This document shows positions 61,763 through 64,000 of a stretch of 64,000 nucleotides of DNA, in pieces (the first letter of the stretch is position 1; the number at the start of each line of letters is the position of its first letter). A program made the translations under genes and the position numbers. The stretch lies in contig JBBRNJ010000001.1 in NCBI GenBank assembly GCA_038230375.1, positions 1 to 64,000 of the forward strand. The letters run 5' to 3'. The notes below the pieces were generated by a model. It saw nothing but the letters and a program-made list of their open reading frames with translations, was not told the DNA's origin and ran no database searches. The DNA is from Polyangiales bacterium. Lineage in GTDB: Bacteria > Myxococcota_A > Polyangia > Polyangiales > Polyangiaceae.

Positions 61763-62659
61763 ATGCGATTCGAATTCGACGACTTCACCCTGGATACCAA
61801 TGTGTTCGAGCTTCGGCGCGCGGGGGTCTTGCGCCCGTTGCAGCCGAAGCCACTCGACCTGCTTCGCTATCTCATCGAGAACCGCGACCGCGTGGTGCTG
61901 AAGCGAGAGCTCCTGTCCCACCTCTGGGCCGACGTGCGCGTGACCGAGAACGCGCTCGCGCAGGCCGTGGCATGCGTGCGAGAGGCGCTGGCCGATGCAT
62001 CAGCGGCGGCCATCGTGGGTATGCGCGGACGCGGCTACCGCTTCGTGCTCCCCGTGACGGAGCTCATGGACGAGCCGCGGCGCACGCCCGAGCGCGGCAA
62101 GATCGGCTTCGTTGCGCCGCCCGGGATGGCGCTGGACCTGGACGTCGCGCTGCACGCGAAGGACACCGTAGGCGTTCGCACCGTGACGACGCACGCACGT
62201 GCATGCAAACCGCTCGGCAGCTTCCGCGCTCTGCTTGGCGCGCATGCGGATGCGTTTCCGGACGACACGGTTGACGGGCTCCCGCTCTGCCATGCGCTGA
62301 CTTCCGCCGAGACCGAGCTCGCGCTCGCGGAGCTCGTCACCGCGTTCATGGAGGACGAGACGCGTCAGGCCACCGTGATGATCCTGGAGGGCCTCGAGCA
62401 TGCAGACGTGTCGTCGCTGCTCTTGTTCTGTCATCTGGTGGAGCGGCCGCGCGGCGCCGTCACGCTCGTGGGCACGAGCGACCTGGGCGTGCTGCGACCC
62501 GACGGCGTGGTCGCGCGTCTGCTCTCGCCACACGTGGAGGCCGAAGAAGGTCGCGAGCAACGATGGTCGGAGACGGCGCCTACGTCACGCATGGGCGTTC
62601 GCCGCGACAAGGTCAGCGACAACGATGGTGGCGAGCTCACTTCGGCACTCGCGCGATGA
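61763..62659 (+). CDS. OmpR/CadC-type winged-helix regulator with a degenerate ATPase-like tail
   Basis: FEFDDFTLD...PKPLDLLRYLIENRDRVV...GRGYRF, followed by ILEGLEHADVSSL. Confidence 0.82.
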   Translation: MRFEFDDFTLDTNVFELRRAGVLRPLQPKPLDLLRYLIENRDRVVLKRELLSHLWADVRVTENALAQAVACVREALADASAAAIVGMRGRGYRFVLPVTELMDEPRRTPERGKIGFVAPPGMALDLDVALHAKDTVGVRTVTTHARACKPLGSFRALLGAHADAFPDDTVDGLPLCHALTSAETELALAELVTAFMEDETRQATVMILEGLEHADVSSLLLFCHLVERPRGAVTLVGTSDLGVLRPDGVVARLLSPHVEAEEGREQRWSETAPTSRMGVRRDKVSDNDGGELTSALAR

Positions 62660-63818
62660 TGCCGAGCGCTGAGTCCGAATAGAACGCGTATGTGCCGTCC
62701 GCGACGATGCGGCCGCCCGCCGACAGGCCCGTCACGAGGACAGTCGATGCGCCGCCGATCTTCGGCACCTTGCGCACCTCGGTCTGGGTGGTGAAGTAGA
62801 CCGTGTCCGTGTCTATCGCGACGCCCACCGCGCCCGTGAGCGCGTTCGCCAGCGTGAGCGTGGTCTTGTCCACCACCGAGACGCGGACGATGTTCCCGCC
62901 GTTGGCGACGAACGCATAGTCGGCGTCGATGACCACGTCGATGGGCTCCTTCCCGAGCACGACCGGCGTGGTGGTGGCACCGACGGAATCGATGATGCCC
63001 AGCGCGGCGCCGCCAAGATCCGCCGCGTACACGAACGAGTTGTCCGTGGTCACAGCCACGCCGAAGACGTGGACAAGGAGATTCGTGGACTCTGCACCGA
63101 AGCTCATGGTCCCGGTCTTTCCGAAGTAGCGCACCTCCGTGCCGCTCGCCGCGTAGATGACGTTCGAGCTCAGCGCGATGCCCTGAATATCCGCAGGCGC
63201 GGGCATGCGGCCAGTGAGCACCGCGCCGGTGCCGTCCACCTTGGACGCACGCCAGACGTTCTCCGCACCGTCCTCCGCCGCGTCGTTCCAGTACACGGTC
63301 GTCGCGTCAACGGCGATCCCGCGCGGGAAGCCGTCGTCCATGGCGAGCGTGACCGTGGCGCCTCCGGTCTTCGAGACCTTCGACACAGGATTGGGATCGC
63401 CGACAGTGCCCAGATGTCCCATCTCCGTGAAGAACACCTCGGCTCCATCCGCAGCGAGATACAGCGGGTTTTTCAGGTTCTTGGCGAGCACGAGCGGCTG
63501 ACACACGTTCGACACGCACGGGTTGCCATGGCAATCGATCACGCACGCGGCGCCATCGGCGCTTGCATCAGAAGCGTCAGAGGTCAGGCCATCGAACGCA
63601 GCATCGTGCGCATCGGATGATCCCGACGAGTCGCCCACGACCGCACCATCATCGTGGCGACTCGCACCTTCGAGCGAGCCGTCCTGTCCGGTGTCCACTG
63701 GCTCTGTGAGATCGCCCAGGCGCACGTCGGAAGTGCACGCGAGTAGCCAGGTGACCGAGAGCGGCGTGGCCAGGAGCGCGGCGCGAAGCGCGTGGAGCGT
63801 CTTGCCGCGTTGCCTCAT
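62637..63818 (-). CDS. Lipoprotein with beta-propeller-like repeats
   Basis: WLLAC lipobox, DAS linker, repeats of IAVD..TVYW / VSK.GG..TLA. Confidence 0.8.
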   Translation of the reverse strand: MRQRGKTLHALRAALLATPLSVTWLLACTSDVRLGDLTEPVDTGQDGSLEGASRHDDGAVVGDSSGSSDAHDAAFDGLTSDASDASADGAACVIDCHGNPCVSNVCQPLVLAKNLKNPLYLAADGAEVFFTEMGHLGTVGDPNPVSKVSKTGGATVTLAMDDGFPRGIAVDATTVYWNDAAEDGAENVWRASKVDGTGAVLTGRMPAPADIQGIALSSNVIYAASGTEVRYFGKTGTMSFGAESTNLLVHVFGVAVTTDNSFVYAADLGGAALGIIDSVGATTTPVVLGKEPIDVVIDADYAFVANGGNIVRVSVVDKTTLTLANALTGAVGVAIDTDTVYFTTQTEVRKVPKIGGASTVLVTGLSAGGRIVADGTYAFYSDSALGIIARVPK

Positions 63819-64000
63819 GGCTTCTTGGGCTCTGCGATCAGAGCACGCACGCGCTCGTCGTAGGTGCTGCCCGGGTTCCGGGCGAGGAAGCTCTGGGCAA
63901 GCGCGCGCGCGCCGGCGGTGTCTCCCTTTGCAGAGAGCGCCTCTATGCGGACGAGCGTTGCCTCCTGGCCCAGGATCTTCGGCGCGGGCGCCGCGTCGTA
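63815..64000 (-). CDS. C-terminal part of a TPR-like protein (5'-truncated by the window)
   Basis: Reads YDAAPAPKILGQEATLVRIEALSAKGDTAGARALAQSFLARNPGSTYDERVRALIAEPKKP*. The stop overlaps the next ATG. Confidence 0.75.
   Translation of the reverse strand, partial: YDAAPAPKILGQEATLVRIEALSAKGDTAGARALAQSFLARNPGSTYDERVRALIAEPKKP

Overview
High-GC bacterial DNA with the gene content typical of a myxobacterium (Polyangiaceae/Labilithrix-like; this assignment is inference). Positions 1525-14860 (- strand) hold an alternative complex III / caa3 oxidase operon: actABCDEF, an actG-like gene, SCO and coxBAC. No subunit IV gene is visible, and the heme o synthase gene lies about 8.5 kb away. The rest of the window is accessory-type: about 20 predicted lipoproteins (many Cys-rich, with DAG/DGG linkers), two Ser/Thr kinases, two ECF sigma modules, papain-, HtrA- and S41-type proteases, a lipoprotein beta-carbonic anhydrase, a MerR-reductase-desaturase operon, a GH3 lipoprotein, LysR/TetR regulators and a GMC oxidoreductase remnant. 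I saw no rRNA, tRNA, CRISPR array or transposase, and I cannot support a clearly new multi-gene system. The strongest non-obvious signals are: (i) TANNNT -10 hexamers 6-9 nt before 12 start codons, implying frequent leaderless mRNAs, including back-to-back pairs between divergent genes; (ii) directly visible MerR-type and TetR-type operators; (iii) a palindrome flanked by hexamer tracts that belong to a dispersed repeat family; (iv) a small protein with three Cys-bracketed 19-aa repeats; (v) a small Zn-ribbon protein with two YG-x-P-like motifs.
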